DNA of 64,000 nucleotides from the human T2T-CHM13v2.0 reference genome, Homo sapiens: NCBI RefSeq assembly GCF_009914755.1, contig NC_060934.1; one strand, 5' to 3'. Shown piece by piece: positions 1 to 13,631 of this stretch (position 1 is its first letter; each line of letters starts with the position of its first letter). The notes under the pieces were generated by a model. It saw only the letters and a program-made list of their open reading frames with translations, ran no database searches and was not told where the DNA came from. The position numbers and the translations under genes were made by a program.

Positions 1-195
1 CCTCTTTGTATCTGGGCCAGTACCACATTATTTAAATTCATAAAGCTTTGCAATATGTCTTGACATCTGGTAGGACAAGACCCTCTCTTTGTTCTTTTTC
101 AAAATAGTTATGGCTATTCTTGCACATTGACTCTTCCATATGAATTTTAGAGGTTGCTAATCAAATTCCCTGAGAAATCACAGGGGGTATGAAAG
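1..195 (-). mobile_element. Old L1 (L1M-type) ORF2 fragment
   Basis: T-rich antisense L1 ORF2 pattern (ccagtaccac...ttgttctttttcaaaatagtt...ccatatgaattttag). Confidence 0.7.
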
Positions 196-530
196 GAATG
201 CCGTGAGGCATAGAGGAGTGTAATGGACCATGAGGCTGGCAAAGTAGTTTGAAGGTCAAATGATGGAGACTTCGATTGTCTAGCCAAGACTTGCAGAGCC
301 CACAGCACTTCTGGGCATTTTTAAAGGAGCTGAGATAACTTTTGGCATCCAGGCCCCTCCCTTAAGAAACTTGTCTGTAATGCCTTGCACGTAGACTGCT
401 ACAGACTGGCCAGAACACCCATGTCCCCAGAGCTCTGCATGGCGGGCTGAAGAGAGATCTCAGCCTGTCAGAGGAGCAAAGAAAGTCTTGTCCACCTTGC
501 CTATTCAGAACTCAGAAGTGACCTGATTCT

Positions 531-830
531 GGTCAGGTGCAGTGGCTCACGCCTGTAATCCTAGCACTTTGGGAGGCTGAGGCGGGTAGATCACCTGAGG
601 TCAGGAGTTTGAGACCAGTCTGGCCAACATGGTGAAACCCCATCTCTACTAAAAATACAAAAATTGGCCAGGCGTGATGGCATGCACCTATAGTCCCAGC
701 TACTCAGGAGGCTGAGACAGGAGACTTGCTTGAATCCCTGGGGGTGGAGGTTGCAGTGAGCTGAGATGGCATCACTGCACTCCAGCCTGGGCAACAGAGT
801 GAGACTCCATCTCAACAACAACAACAACAA
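531..830 (+). mobile_element. AluS
   Basis: Full dimer with (CAA)n tail; TSD agtgacctgattct / agtaacctgattct. Confidence 0.95.
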
Positions 831-1194
831 AGTAACCTGATTCTGAAGTCCCAAGGCAGTTCCTTTCTCTCTGCCTTGGTCTTTTGACTGCCTCTGCTTT
901 CCCTGGCCACCATCTGTCACAGTTACAGATGATTGGACAAAGATAAGGAGAGAGAGTCAGCTGTCCATTGTGTCTTCCTTGAGGACTAATGTCAGCCTTG
1001 GATCAGAAATCACAGGGAGCAACCCTGGCCTTTGGGTTTTGGGGGGAGCATGTGAGCCCCTCGAACAAGTCTCCAGGGAGAGGCTGCCCTCTCATCCATC
1101 CCATTGCATTAGCTACAAGACAGAGGCATAAGAGCTGGAAAATGCCTCTCCTCTGCCTGCCTTTCTGGTTTCTCTCTTCTTTGTTTTTTGTGTA

Positions 1195-1340
1195 TGTCTT
1201 CATTCAACATGTATTAAATGAACACTTGCTATGTGTCAGGTGCCGAGTAAACAATGTGAGCAAAACAGGCTTAGCTTCTGTCGTCATGGAGTTTATGGTC
1301 TGGAGGAGGAGACAGCAAGCGATAAGCTAACTAACAAACA
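1195..1340 (-). mobile_element. L2 3' fragment
   Basis: tcattcaacatgtattaaatgaacacttgctatgtgtcagg...catggagtttatggtctgg. Confidence 0.6.
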
Positions 1341-2104
1341 TACACATACTTCCCTTCTTCTCCAAGCATAGCCCTCCTTCAGGAAGCCTTTGCCAAAAAT
1401 GGACAGAGGAATGTGGGCTGATGTATTTATTAAAAGGAGAGGGTTCTAGCCATACAAGCCTGGGGGTGCTTGAGTGAAGAATAATGGGTGGTTTCTATGT
1501 GTAAGAGGCAGTCTTGAAAATATGACTGGGATTCCCATTTGTTTGACCCTGCCAGGTAATTCCTGTCTCCCTTTCTGAGGGTCAGATAAAAGTCTCATAT
1601 CTGAATAACATCCCCCACTGGATGGCATGAACTATAGGAGGATGGAGGTGTTATTCTGTTCTAAGCAAGGAGGAGGAGAATGGTGAATACATTCTATATC
1701 CAAAGGTGATGGGGAGGAGGACAGAATATTCTGGCAGGAGAATCCTGACTTCTCAGAGGCAATCTGTAAAATGTCCACCCCAGAGGGGTTCCTGGAGCTG
1801 GTGACTACCATGTGATGTATATGATTGAAATTCTGAGTCAGTTCTGCAGCCAGTCGAATCTGAGAGACCAGGAGAGCAAGGAATATATGAAAAGGAGAAA
1901 GGGATGGTGGCATGGCCTTGAACCCAGCCACAGGCCATCTCAGGAGAAGATGGAGGAGAAGGAGCATGTAGATCCATGGAAGAGGTGCAGGGGGCTCTTG
2001 ATGAAAGGGAAAATCAGAAAGGACTTTTATCCACTTTCAGAACTCCAAGGACAGAAATTTTTTAATACTGAATATAGGCACATGGAATTTGTTAAAAAAC
2101 AAAT

Positions 2105-2420
2105 AACAGGAGTGTGGGGGATAGGGAGAAATTTGTTAAAGGATACACAATTACAACTAGATAGGAGAAATACGTCTAATGTTCCATACCACTATAGAAT
2201 GACTATAGTTAGAAATAATATATTATAAAGTTTTGAATAGTTAGAAGGAGGATTTTGAACATTGCCAATACAAAGAAATGATAAGTGTTTGAGATGATGG
2301 ATATGCTAATTACCCTGATCTGCTCACGACACATTATGTATAATGAAATCTCACTACATACCCCATGAATAAATACGATTATTATTTGTTGATTTAAAAA
2401 TAAAAAATAAAAATAAGATA
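2105..2420 (+). mobile_element. L1MA-type 3' end
   Basis: ttgttaaaggatacacaattacaactagataggag...gatatgctaattaccctgatc, then A-rich tail. Confidence 0.85.
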
Positions 2421-3169
2421 AAGTGAAAATTAACAAATTAGAGGTATGGCTTTGAGAAAGGCACAAGGTATCAGTTTCTGCATGTATAAATAAATATACT
2501 GTGGGGAAGGTGGAATGAGGTGCTGAGTGTGGTGTTTAATTATTTATAATGGTTTTTCCACCTTTAATATCATGTGTTTCTGTTTCCATGCGGTGGTCAC
2601 TATGTACCTAGAAATGTGCTGGGATCTTTAATTTTAGTTTTACTTTTGGAAATCTATAGACTCTTTGAGGACAATCGATATATTCTTAGCATAAAGTTGC
2701 ATAAAGTTTTGTTGATGAAACAATAAATGAGTGAGGAATAAATAAAACATATGAAAAGAGCCTACTTCTAGGTTAGAGCAATCAGAAAATACTCTTGAAA
2801 TTTTTTTTTAAGTCTGCAGACAATCCATATTTAAGTTGAAATTCTGACCGTACTCTCCAGTTCCAGAGAGTGCTGTGGACAGCTCCGTGGTGCTGAAGGT
2901 AGAGCTGTAATGAGGTGAATGCAATGTAGTTTCCAATTCAGTGTCCATCAATTCACTCATCCCACAAACATTCTCTGAGGGCCCATTACATGCAGGCAGC
3001 ATCTAGATATAATAGGGAAGAAGCAGTCTTTGAGTATTTTAAAGTTGAAGATAACCTTAAAGGAAATGACCAGAAACTACTACAACACAGGTTTCCAAGA
3101 AAAACAGGAAAGGAAACACAAAAGAAAGACTATTTAAGTTTAAAAAGTTGTATTTAGAAAGATTAGGAA

Positions 3170-3350
3170 ACATCATAATAGATATAATTTATTGAGTTCC
3201 TACTATAAACCAGGCTCTGTACATACATTATTTCTAAATAGCTCCATAAGACAGGGACACAGAGAGAGTATGAGTTCAGAATCACATGGCTTGTAAGTAG
3301 TGGAACAAGATAGAGACCATGCCTGTGTTCCTTCAAAGCCTGGATTCTTC
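3170..3350 (-). mobile_element. MIR
   Basis: tttattgagttcctactataaaccaggc...acatggcttgtaagtagtggaac. Confidence 0.55.
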
Positions 3351-3560
3351 CTATATCATTATAATTCCCCATTAGGGGACTATGGGAGAAAGAAACATAC
3401 TAGTCTTTACAGTTTGCTTATGGAGCTTGTAGAGAGAAAGGTCAGTTCCTTTGCTCCTTTTCATCCTCAGAGTGTCTTCTTACCATCTTGGCCTTGGGAC
3501 AGCACTAGCTTGGGGTAAGAGGGAGTGAAGAGACTCCAGAGCTATGTGAAATGTGTGAGG

Positions 3561-4090
3561 TGCATTAGTCAGAGATCTTTCAGTAGGATAATAGTTTCCT
3601 CAACTCAAATAAGCCTAATAAATGAAAGGCTATTAGTTCATAAGATTAAAAAGTCTGGGTATAGATCTAGCTTCAGAGATGCTGAATTTGTGTATGTGTG
3701 TGTGTGGAGGGAGTGTTATATGCTGTCATCATGACTCTGTCCCTTTCCCCAGTCCTTGTTCTCCAATTTGCTTTTCTGAAGATCAGTTCCCATCATGTGA
3801 GACAAGGTGGCTGCCATGAGACCCAGAATCCCACCATCCCTGATTTGCAACACAAACAGAAAGGTACCATCTCCCTTCCAATTTCCATGCATCAGTCACA
3901 GTGGAGATTCTGAGTGGCTCTGCCTAGGTCCTGTGCATGTACTTTGATTGATCAGCCTGAGTGGTATGGCCTCACCTGTGGAGACAAAAGAGCATACAGG
4001 GAACAAGAATGAGAGCTCTGACCACATCCCCAAAGTGAGGGAGGAGCTCCCTAAAAAACCAGAAGAAAGACAGTGGGGAATCCAGCTGGA
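3561..4090 (-). mobile_element. MaLR LTR (MLT1J/K-like)
   Basis: tgcattagtcag...caactcaaataagc start; gattctgagtggctctgcctaggtc internal motif. Confidence 0.6.
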
Positions 4091-4369
4091 GAAACAAAGG
4101 TGGTAAATACCCTGGCCCCCTGTGTAGAAATGCAGAGCCCCAGCCAGTTAGGTCAGGGGCTCCCTGGATGGCTTTTATCTTTGGAGAGGGAAGTGGGGAG
4201 GCTGTGAGAAGCAGCTCATTGGAAAGTTGAGCAGCCCTGCTCAGTGAACTTTTGGGGACAGAAGCAGTTCTGGTCCCTGGTTTTACCTGCAGAGCTCACC
4301 TTTATAAGCATATCCACAAAAGCAATAACCTCTCTATTCTCTGCAGTTCAGCACAGGCTGTCTGACCAT

Positions 4370-4530
4370 CTTCTCCTCAGAGCTTCATAACAACTCTGGC
4401 AGGTAGCAGGCAAGTGTTACTTCCCTATTTTACAGGTAAAGAAACTGAGGCTCTGAGATGCTAAGTGACCTCTCCAAGGTCACGGAGTTGGTCAAGTTGC
4501 AGAGCCGTGGCTATCAATCCGCTCTCCAGC
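4370..4530 (-). mobile_element. MIR
   Basis: ccctattttacaggtaaagaaactgaggctc core. Confidence 0.75.
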
Positions 4531-4689
4531 ACACTGAATTAATTAAAGTCCTATAAAAAAAACTCCAACGTGAACAAGATTGGAAAAGTGAGAATGAGAA
4601 GTCTCATTGGCCAGACAAAAAGCTGCAGAGGGAACAGATCTGCCAGTTGGAAAGACAAAAACAGGAAGCTTGGCTAAGTTGCGCAAGAA

Positions 4690-4915
4690 GAGAACAAAGA
4701 AATAGCCAGAATTTATAGGCACGAGAAGAGAAAAATCAAAGAAAGAAATGAGATGTAACCTGCAAAACACATAAAAGGGAATGGAAAAACATTCTTTAAA
4801 ATACACTGGGAACAAGAGAAAGATAAGGGGGAACGTTTCTTCCTAATAGATGATGAAGGAAAGCTGATAATGGATGACAACAGAAATGCATAGGTTTTTA
4901 ATGCTCTATTCCCCA
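4690..4915 (+). mobile_element. CR1/L3 LINE ORF2 fragment (EN-RT linker)
   Basis: With frameshifts translates KEIARIYRHEKRKIKERNEM*PAKHIKGNGKTFFK / YTGNKRKIRGNV / LIDDEGKLIMDDNRNA*VFNALF, matching the recalled CR1 linker. Confidence 0.75.
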
Positions 4916-5492
4916 GGTAGCTGGAACAAACTGCATACAGTCTAGAAGGCAAGGAAAACAATTGGAGTGTGGAGGGTGAAGGCACGGTACCTATAAGGAA
5001 CAAAAGGTCTGGGGTCACATTTAGGGTCTGGAGGGACCCTAGATATCATCTGGTCCCATGCTCACTTTACAGACAATGAGAGTGAATATCAGTGATGGGG
5101 GGTGAGCTGACCAAAGTCACTCTTAGTATTGGCAGAGCTGGGACTAGACCCTAGGCTTCTGGCTCTCAGTGCAGTGTGTCTTTCTGGCACTCATGGAAGA
5201 TGGGGAGAAGGGGAGAAACAGTGATGGATAAACTGAGATGTAAAATCTAGTGTGAGTACACAAATAACCTTGGCTGAAGCCAGGGTAAAAGGCAGGACTT
5301 AGGGAGGGTTAGAGATTCAAGCTAAGGAGGAATCTGCCTTGACATCAGGGTTTGAGTCTTGCTGTGGCTTTGGCCTGCATTACTCTACCAGTCTGATTTT
5401 CCAGGGTCTTAGGCTCTCAGACTCCATCAGATCCCAGAGTCTTTGGATCACATTGAGTATGGTCTAGTACTTGAATTCTTCGTGTCTTGCAT

Positions 5493-6012
5493 TGTATCTT
5501 ACATTAGTTTTCTATTGCCACAATAATGCTGTCTAACAAACTGCCCCAGTGCTCAGAGGCTTAAACCAATACCCATTTATTTAGCTTGCTGTGGGTCAGT
5601 TATTGAGACTGAACTCAACTGGGAGAGTTTCCTATAATGGCTGGACTATTTCACATTCATGGGGAGGTTGGCTTGCTGTTGGCTGATCTAGGAAGCCTTT
5701 ACTGGATGGCTTGGATGACTGGAATAAATGAGATGACTCAGTCCTTTACCAAGGGTCCAGCAGGCTAGGCCAGGCATATTCTCATGGCACAGCAGCGGGG
5801 CATGACAAACAAGCTCAACTGTGCAAGGAATGGAAACATACCAGCTTTTCAAGTTTCTGCTTCTAAACATGTTTGCTAACATGTCATAGCAAAGCAAATT
5901 ACATAGCCAAGTCTAGAATCAGAATGGGCAGAACAAGAAAATTATAGGATAAAGGACATAATTCAGTGAAACTATTAACTGGAGCCATGAGCTCAATCAA
6001 TCTACTACTGCA
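5493..6012 (-). mobile_element. MaLR LTR (MLT1G/H-like)
   Basis: attagttttctattgccacaataatgctg...gcttaaacc...caggctaggccaggcatattctcatggc. Confidence 0.65.
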
Positions 6013-6367
6013 CCTCTGTTGCCAGGGTGTTCAGTTTTGGTGTCTTGCTCTGCTTCCCACCATCTTGGTCCTCCTGAGTGAACTGCTTCTCTGGCCCTCA
6101 ACCATCATGCTTTGAGTGCTCTCTGCTGCTCAGAGTCCATCTAGGCTGGGTTTGCCTTTCCAAGGACAGTGATGAAGACACTCCCAGAAGCAGTACCCTC
6201 TAAAACTCTTGAGCTGGAAACTCCTAAACCCATGGGCATTCATCAATTGCCATTCACTTCCAAGTCTTCTCTGTCCATGGATGTATGTCAAGGAGAAACC
6301 AGGTAGGATATCCTCTGCAGCCTCTATCCTGTGTCCATACCACCCTGGACTCTGTCCTCTGAAAGGG

Positions 6368-6746
6368 TGTTATGGGCTGAATTGTGTCCCCCTGCCCCAC
6401 CCTACAAATTCATATGTTGAAATCCTAAGCACCGTACCTCATAATATGACTGTCTTTGGAGCAGCATTTTTAAAGAGATAATAAAGTTAAAATGAGGTAA
6501 TTAGGGTGAATCTTAATCCAGTTAAACTGGTGTCCTTATGAGAAGAGGAAGTTTGGAAACAGACAAGTATAGAGGGAAGACCATGTGAAGAAACTGGCAG
6601 GAGATGGCCATCTGCAAGCTAAAGAAAGAGACCTCAGGAGAGACCAGCTCTTCCAACACCTTGGCCACAGGCTTCTGACCTCCAGGACTGAAAGAAAATA
6701 GATTTCTGTTGATGCTTTGTTATGACATCCCTAGAAAATGAATACT
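6368..6746 (+). mobile_element. MaLR LTR (MLT1B/C-like)
   Basis: tgttatgggctgaattgtgtcccc...catatgttgaaatccta...ccctagaaaatgaatac. Confidence 0.85.
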
Positions 6747-8069
6747 GAGGGGTAGGCCCGGTCTTGGATGTTCCACTAAAGACACCAGGATGCTTGGAGA
6801 TAGTCTTCCCTTCAGCCCCAGAGCTCCAGACCCTGAGACAGGAAAGAATGCAGGGAGACACCAATCTGTGTGAATAGAAACCTGGTTTCTACTCCGAAGG
6901 CTGAGCACACCCTAACCTCCCTTCTTGATGCATCCCTGGACAGAGCTTACTAAGTGTGGGGTAGATCCTGACCCTTGACCCCTGCTTCCCCAGACAAGGC
7001 TAAGGTTCTGTCTGTTCTGAGTCCTCTACTCTCTACTGCCTGGCCCCGCACCCTCTTCTATACCTCCCTTCTCATCCCCATCAGGCCAATTCAAGTGGTT
7101 CCTCATTTCCCAGCAAGGAATTCTATTGCCAGGAGATCAGATCTGGGTTTTCATGAATTCAGGATGTCAAAACCCATTCTCTTCTTCCCATCACCCTCAA
7201 TAATATATACTATTCAGTCATTTTTTGAAAAAAAGTTAATGTCCATATAATTTGAGAAAGAAGGGGAAGTATGTTTCATTACCAGGAAATGAATAAGAAT
7301 CCATTTTAAGTTCTGAGGCAGGAGATTAGCCTGTCAAAGGAAGCATCTGTTGGATGTTGAAGCATAGTTTAGATTGCAAAGGGATGGGCTGGTGGCTGGG
7401 AGATGAGCCAGGCAGGCACTGTGCTGGCAGGTGGAAAGATCCCTGGACCAGGAGTCAGAAGCCCCAGCCATGAACCTGCTCTGTCAATTGAGCCCTGTGC
7501 ATATTGAGTATGACGCTGTGTGCCACTTTGCCAAATGCTGGGGATAGAATTGCATATGGCAGACATGGACTCTGCCCTCGTGGGGTGTCCACTCTCTCTG
7601 GGTGCCTCAGTTCACTCAAGCCTCAGTTTCCCCATCTTTAAAGCACAAAGTTTGGGCTATGATTTCTTTTAATGTCCTTTCTTCCTCTAGCGTTCCATAG
7701 GAGCTGTCCCTTGGGTATGAAGTAAGAAGAACCTAGATCATAACAGTGCAACTTTAAAAATGGAAAAGAAGGGGTGAATCCAGAAACATCCTCAAGAAGG
7801 AACTGATTGACCGGCTATGGGGAAGGAGTGAATTAGAAGCAGCAAAAATGCCTGAGGTTTTTAACCTGAAGGTGTCACTGACAAGGAAAAGGAAATCAGG
7901 AAAGGAAAAAAGATGAACGCTAGAACAAATTATTTCTTAGTAATTATACAAGAAGGTGGGTCAAAGCTATGTTTTTCTCCAAAGAAGGAAAAATAAACTA
8001 TATGAATTAAAAGGTGTGTGTTCGTGTGTGTATAGAGTTGGGGGCGGGAGATGCTCAGTGGCTGTATAT

Positions 8070-8190
8070 GCATATGGATGAAAAAGATCCAGAGGTCTTA
8101 GTAGAAGATAAATTGACTCCACACCAGAAATGAGTACTGCTGGGAGAAGACACTGGCAATATGGAGGTACAATGAGCAGTGGTAATTGCA
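8070..8190 (+). mobile_element. CR1/L3 ORF2 C-terminal fragment
   Basis: DEKDPEVLVEDKLTPHQK resembles CR1 EKDLGVLVDxKLxMSQQC. Confidence 0.55.
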
Positions 8191-9919
8191 CATACAGGGC
8201 CGTTCTCCATGTGCCCTGGAGGGTGCAGGGCTGGAGAGGAAAACTGCCAGGTCATTTTTCCATCCCTGAGGGATTGTGAACCTGAAATGCTGTCCTTCTC
8301 CACAACACAGTTTTTCATCTTCTAAAGGAGCCGAGTGCGTGGTAACCTAGCCAAACCATAAGTGCCCACCATTTAGTCAACTTGATAAACACTATTTTAG
8401 TACCTTCCATGTTACAGTCAATAGTCTAGGTGCCAAAGATGTAGAGATGAATAGGAGAGGGTCTCTGTTCATAAAATTAGAGTAGGCGTGGGGAGGCAGA
8501 CACACAACTGACTCGTGCAGGAAGCCTGTGACATAAAACAGTGTTAACGCATCGTGCTGGTGAGTAATTCTGATGGCCAGGCTCTCTGAGGTCCTCATGG
8601 AGGAGGTGATGTTTAAGCTGGGCCCTGTGGGCAATCTGTGTTGGAAGAGGTAAGCAAAATTTAGGGGCTTACAGAAGCATCATCTACAGGCTTTGGCAGG
8701 AGGAGAATGACAGAGGGTGGCATTAGGCATGGAGAATATTCTAGGCCAAGGACATAATTAAATTTGGAGGTGGCTTGGGTGTGGAGGCTTGTGGGGAGGG
8801 ATCTTCTAGCACGACCCTTGGTGTCCAAGTGCTCACATAGGACAGAAGCTCTGATTTAACTCAAAACTAAGTGGTGCCATGTCCAGAGGACAGGAGAAGC
8901 TACTCTTGGTGATGGTGGGTAGTGGGTGTCAGCCCTAGGGAGAGGCAAGGGAAGAGGCAGTTATAAGCAGCAGGCAAGTGTGGGAGGCTTCGGACAGCGC
9001 AGCTGTTTGAGAAGATGAAGCAGGCCAACACTGCAAAGGCGTGGAAGGCTCCGGAGCCTGAGGGACAGTGCGCTGATGAGCTGCTTGGGCAGTGAAGCAA
9101 GGAAAGGAGCTGGGATGGCAGCTGAAAAGACACGTGGGGTTAGAGGAGGAGGGAGGCAGTAAGCAGCCTGGGAGTTCTTAGCTCCTACCTATGCTGCCCT
9201 GCCTGGGGCCTGGGGCTGGAGGTGAGGGGGCTGTGGGGCTTGCCAGAATCTGCACAGCTGGGTTGTGGGACAGCTGTAGGCCCCCGAGCAGCACAGGGGC
9301 TGAGCAGACTGTAACACATACAGCCAAGCTGCAGCAGTGAGGCTGGCCAGTTGCAGCTTGCCTACCTGGCAGGTACTGACCAGGTACAGAGCCCAGACCT
9401 CACGCTGCTCCCACTGGCTGCCTCCCTGAGCGGCTGCCTCCCTTTTCCTGCCCTACTCCCTTCCTCTTCCCTCTCTTTCTCCCTATCACCCTTCCTTCCA
9501 TTCAACAAAATTTACTTAGGCACTGATTATGTTGGTACTAGGTTTTCTTTTGCACAGAAGCTTAGAGATCTATTAAAGAGGAAAATCTCAGACCCAGTTC
9601 CAGTCACACTTAGCCTGTCAGAGTCTTTGCAAGCCATGCCCGCACCACAGAGGGTGGGCAGGATGAATCTTGCCACTGTTCTCGTCCTATGCCCAGTCCC
9701 CTCATGAATGGCCTCCCAAAGGGGATTTGAGGGGGCTCTCAAGTTGTTGGGCAAAGTCTGCTCCTCACACAGGCCCATTTTCCTCTTAGTCATAATTATC
9801 TTGCTAATGCCAATCTTACCTTCTTTGTCCCAGTTTGCTTATCTTTGATTAGTGGCCTTCTCTCACGGCTCTGAGAGAAAGCAGGAGGGTTCATCAGGGA
9901 GGACAATAATAATAGGAGT

Positions 9920-10170
9920 AAGAATAGTCATGGCTACTACTTACTGAGCAGTTACTAAAATGCCAGCACTGTGGTAAACAAGCCACTTAATTTAATCCTT
10001 ACAATAACTCTGTAAGGCGGATATTGTTTCCCCAAGTTTCAGAATGGTACACTAAGGCTCAGAGAGATTAGATTAACTTGCCCAAGGTCACACAGCTACT
10101 CGGTAGCAGAACTCATATCTGACTCCAGGCTGACCTGATTCTGAACCTGGGCTAATGAACACATTAGACT
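9920..10170 (-). mobile_element. MIR
   Basis: ttactgagc...tttaatccttacaataactctg...aggctcagagag...ttgcccaaggtcacacagct. Confidence 0.8.
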
Positions 10171-12207
10171 GACTCCCTTTAGTTTTTAAACAAAGAGTCA
10201 TAGGTTGTCTCTCCCCAGGGATGACTCTCCACCAGATGGGCCCCTTCCCCTCAGACCCATCTCTCCTCCTCTGTGCATCCAGACACCTTCAGTTCCAGCC
10301 CCATCCACATCCTTAATACATCGAGGCATAACTGTGTTACCGACGTAGGGGGATCATTCACCACCAGCTTTTCAGAGAGAGGGGAGGCAAAGGTAATTTG
10401 GCAGCAAAAAGGACAGAGCTCAGACACATAGAACACCCGAGGACAAGGGCAAGGGAGGGAGTCGGTTCCATTTTTCAATCCTGGTGACTTTATTGGCAGG
10501 ACAAGGTAACCAAGCATTGCCAAGCTAGTTCATCAACCTCCTGCCCTCTCCTCTCTAGCAGGAGTCGAAGCTCCTATCCTGATCCAAGCAAGTTGGTGTC
10601 CCCGGGGCATCTGCTGGCTCCTTCTGTGAGTCTGTGTCTGCCACATTCTCTTTCTCCAAAGCCCCTAATTTCCTCCCTTGATAACCCAGAGATAAGGATG
10701 GCCGTGATATGTACAGCAGTCTAACAGTTATGATACATTTTCACAGGCATCCTCTCATCTGGTATGTTTAATCCATGTCACGTTAGTAATGAGACCCTGT
10801 TCTGGTGCGAGCTTCATGGTCCTTGCAGGGCCTGGACCACATTCTGAAGTGCTGTTCCCTGCCTCCTTGCCTGGATTCACCTTACCCATCACCTTAGCTG
10901 GTTTCAACCTCAAGCCTTGGCTCATTGCCCAAATAGGTAGATTCCACAACTACTAGGAAAGAAATGGTGCTACCCTCATCTAAGATATGGAGAGATTGAG
11001 GCTCTGAGAGGTTGTCTTGAGTGAGGTTACACAGCTACTAAGTAGAGAAGCAGAGATTCGAGCCCAGGGCTGTCTCTGCTACGCTGTGTTTTCCCTTTCT
11101 CTGCAGAGCAGTCATGGGGGCAATGATGCACAAGCAGTGTTCTGACGGTGAGGGAGAGGTGTGGGAAAGGCTTGAAAGTGGGACAGTGTGTGGCAGCAGG
11201 TCCTGCTGGAGGACAAGCAAGGCAGGGGACATGGGGGGAAGCTGGAGCCCCATTTCCAGGGCCTTCTCTGCCAGGTTAATGACTTTGAACCTTGTCACAG
11301 TCATGGCCAATGGGAAGTTTTAAGAGGAAAATGGGTTCATCTCATCTAAGATTTAACGTAGGTGGGATTTCTGAGGGAAATATCTGACACTTCAGTCTCT
11401 GAAGAATCAGAAAGAAGTAAAGTTGAATCTAGTGGTTTTGTCCAGTGAGAATGCTGGGTTGGTGCTGGGGCAAGTCTGAGGGTTCTTGGTCAGCAGTAGG
11501 GGAGACATCATAAAATCTGTGTGTTCCGAGAGGCACTAGAAGTGGACTCTGGATGATGTGGCTCTTGCCTGGAGGAGACAGGGGGCTTAGAGACTGTCTC
11601 ATGGGGACAGGGACAGGAGGAGTTCACAGGGTTCCCAACAGCTGAAAGAGCAAGTGTCAGGACTTCAGGAATGAGCCATGGGGTGCAGGGAGGGCTGGGA
11701 AAGCTTACTTATAGGCCTTGGGCTCCAAGAAGGCAGACTCCCATGGAAATAGAGAAAGAGTTCCGGATGCAGTGCTGAGTGGGCTTCATGGAACTCAGGG
11801 AACCTGGGATCTGGTCTCGGTCTCCCGTGATCTTCCAGGGAGAAGGGGAGGGAGCTCTGTCCTTCAACATTAGATCCCGTGAAGGAGACCCAGCAGATAT
11901 CTGGGTTCCAGCCCCTTGGAAGAGGATGTGGCTATCTCCCAGGCCAGGGCTATGCCCCTAAGATCAGGCTCCTGGGCTTCAGTGAGGCAATCGTCAAAAA
12001 GCAGGTGGGTTCTCAGGCATGGAGCTGAAGGCAGTTTTGGATTCTCTCCAAAAGCTGACCCATGCCTGCCTGCCACCTCACCTCAAATCACAACCCCCTG
12101 GCTTTCTGTACCCAGCCACACTGGCCTACTATGGTCCCTGAACTCCTCTGCTCTTCCCTGCAGGGGATTCACACAGCCTACCCTGTCTGTCCCTTTCCCT
12201 ACAACCC

Positions 12208-12565
12208 TGCTTTAGTCACTCAGGCTGCTATAATACAACATCACAGAATGAGGGGCTTGTAAACAACAGAAATTTATTTCTCACAGTTCTGGAGGTGGGA
12301 AGTTCAAGATCAGGGGGCTGGTAGATTTGGTGTCTAAGGGTTGCTTCCTGGTTCACAGATGGTGCCATCTTGCTGTCTCTTCAGGAGGTGGAAGGGGTGA
12401 AGAAGCTCTCTGGAGATCCTTTTATAACAGCACTAATCCCATTGATGGGGGCCCTGCCCTCATGACCTAACCACCTCCCAAAGGTTCCACCTCCAAATAC
12501 CCTCAACTAGGCCTTAGGTTTCAACATATGACTCCTGGGGAGACACAAACATTCAAACCTTACTC
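12208..12565 (-). mobile_element. MaLR LTR MLT1A-type
   Basis: caggctgctataatac...aaacaacagaaatttatttctcacagttctggagg...gacacaaacattcaaacc. Confidence 0.9.
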
Positions 12566-12788
12566 GTTCTTTGGTCTTTTAGGTCTTGGCCTTGACTCAC
12601 TTCCTCATGGGAGACTGACCTGACTCCCCAGGCTTCAGCCAGTCCCCTGCCTGGATCTCACAGCTTCCTGTACTTCTTTACCATAGGATCTTCTCGGCTT
12701 GCAATTTACATGTATGTTTCATATCTGTCTCCTCGACTAGGCTGTAGGCTCCCCAAGCATCAGCCTCTGAGCTTGGTTTGCTCACTAG

Positions 12789-13367
<579 letters not shown>

Positions 13368-13631
13368 AAGGCTGATTCTTCTTAAGTGGACTTCCATTGC
13401 AGTTGCCCTCCAACTGACCAAAATCTTTTTTTTTTTTTTTTTTTGCCAATTTACTCCTATACCAATATCCAGTAAGAAGTGCTATAGGAAGCAGTGATTG
13501 TTATTAAGATTGTCCTCTTTTCCTTGGATACAAGAACCTATGAGGTAGGCAGGGCAAGTGTTATCACCCCCATTCGACAGGAGGGGAAAATGAGACTCAG
13601 AGAGGAAAGTGACTTGCCATGGTCACAGGTT

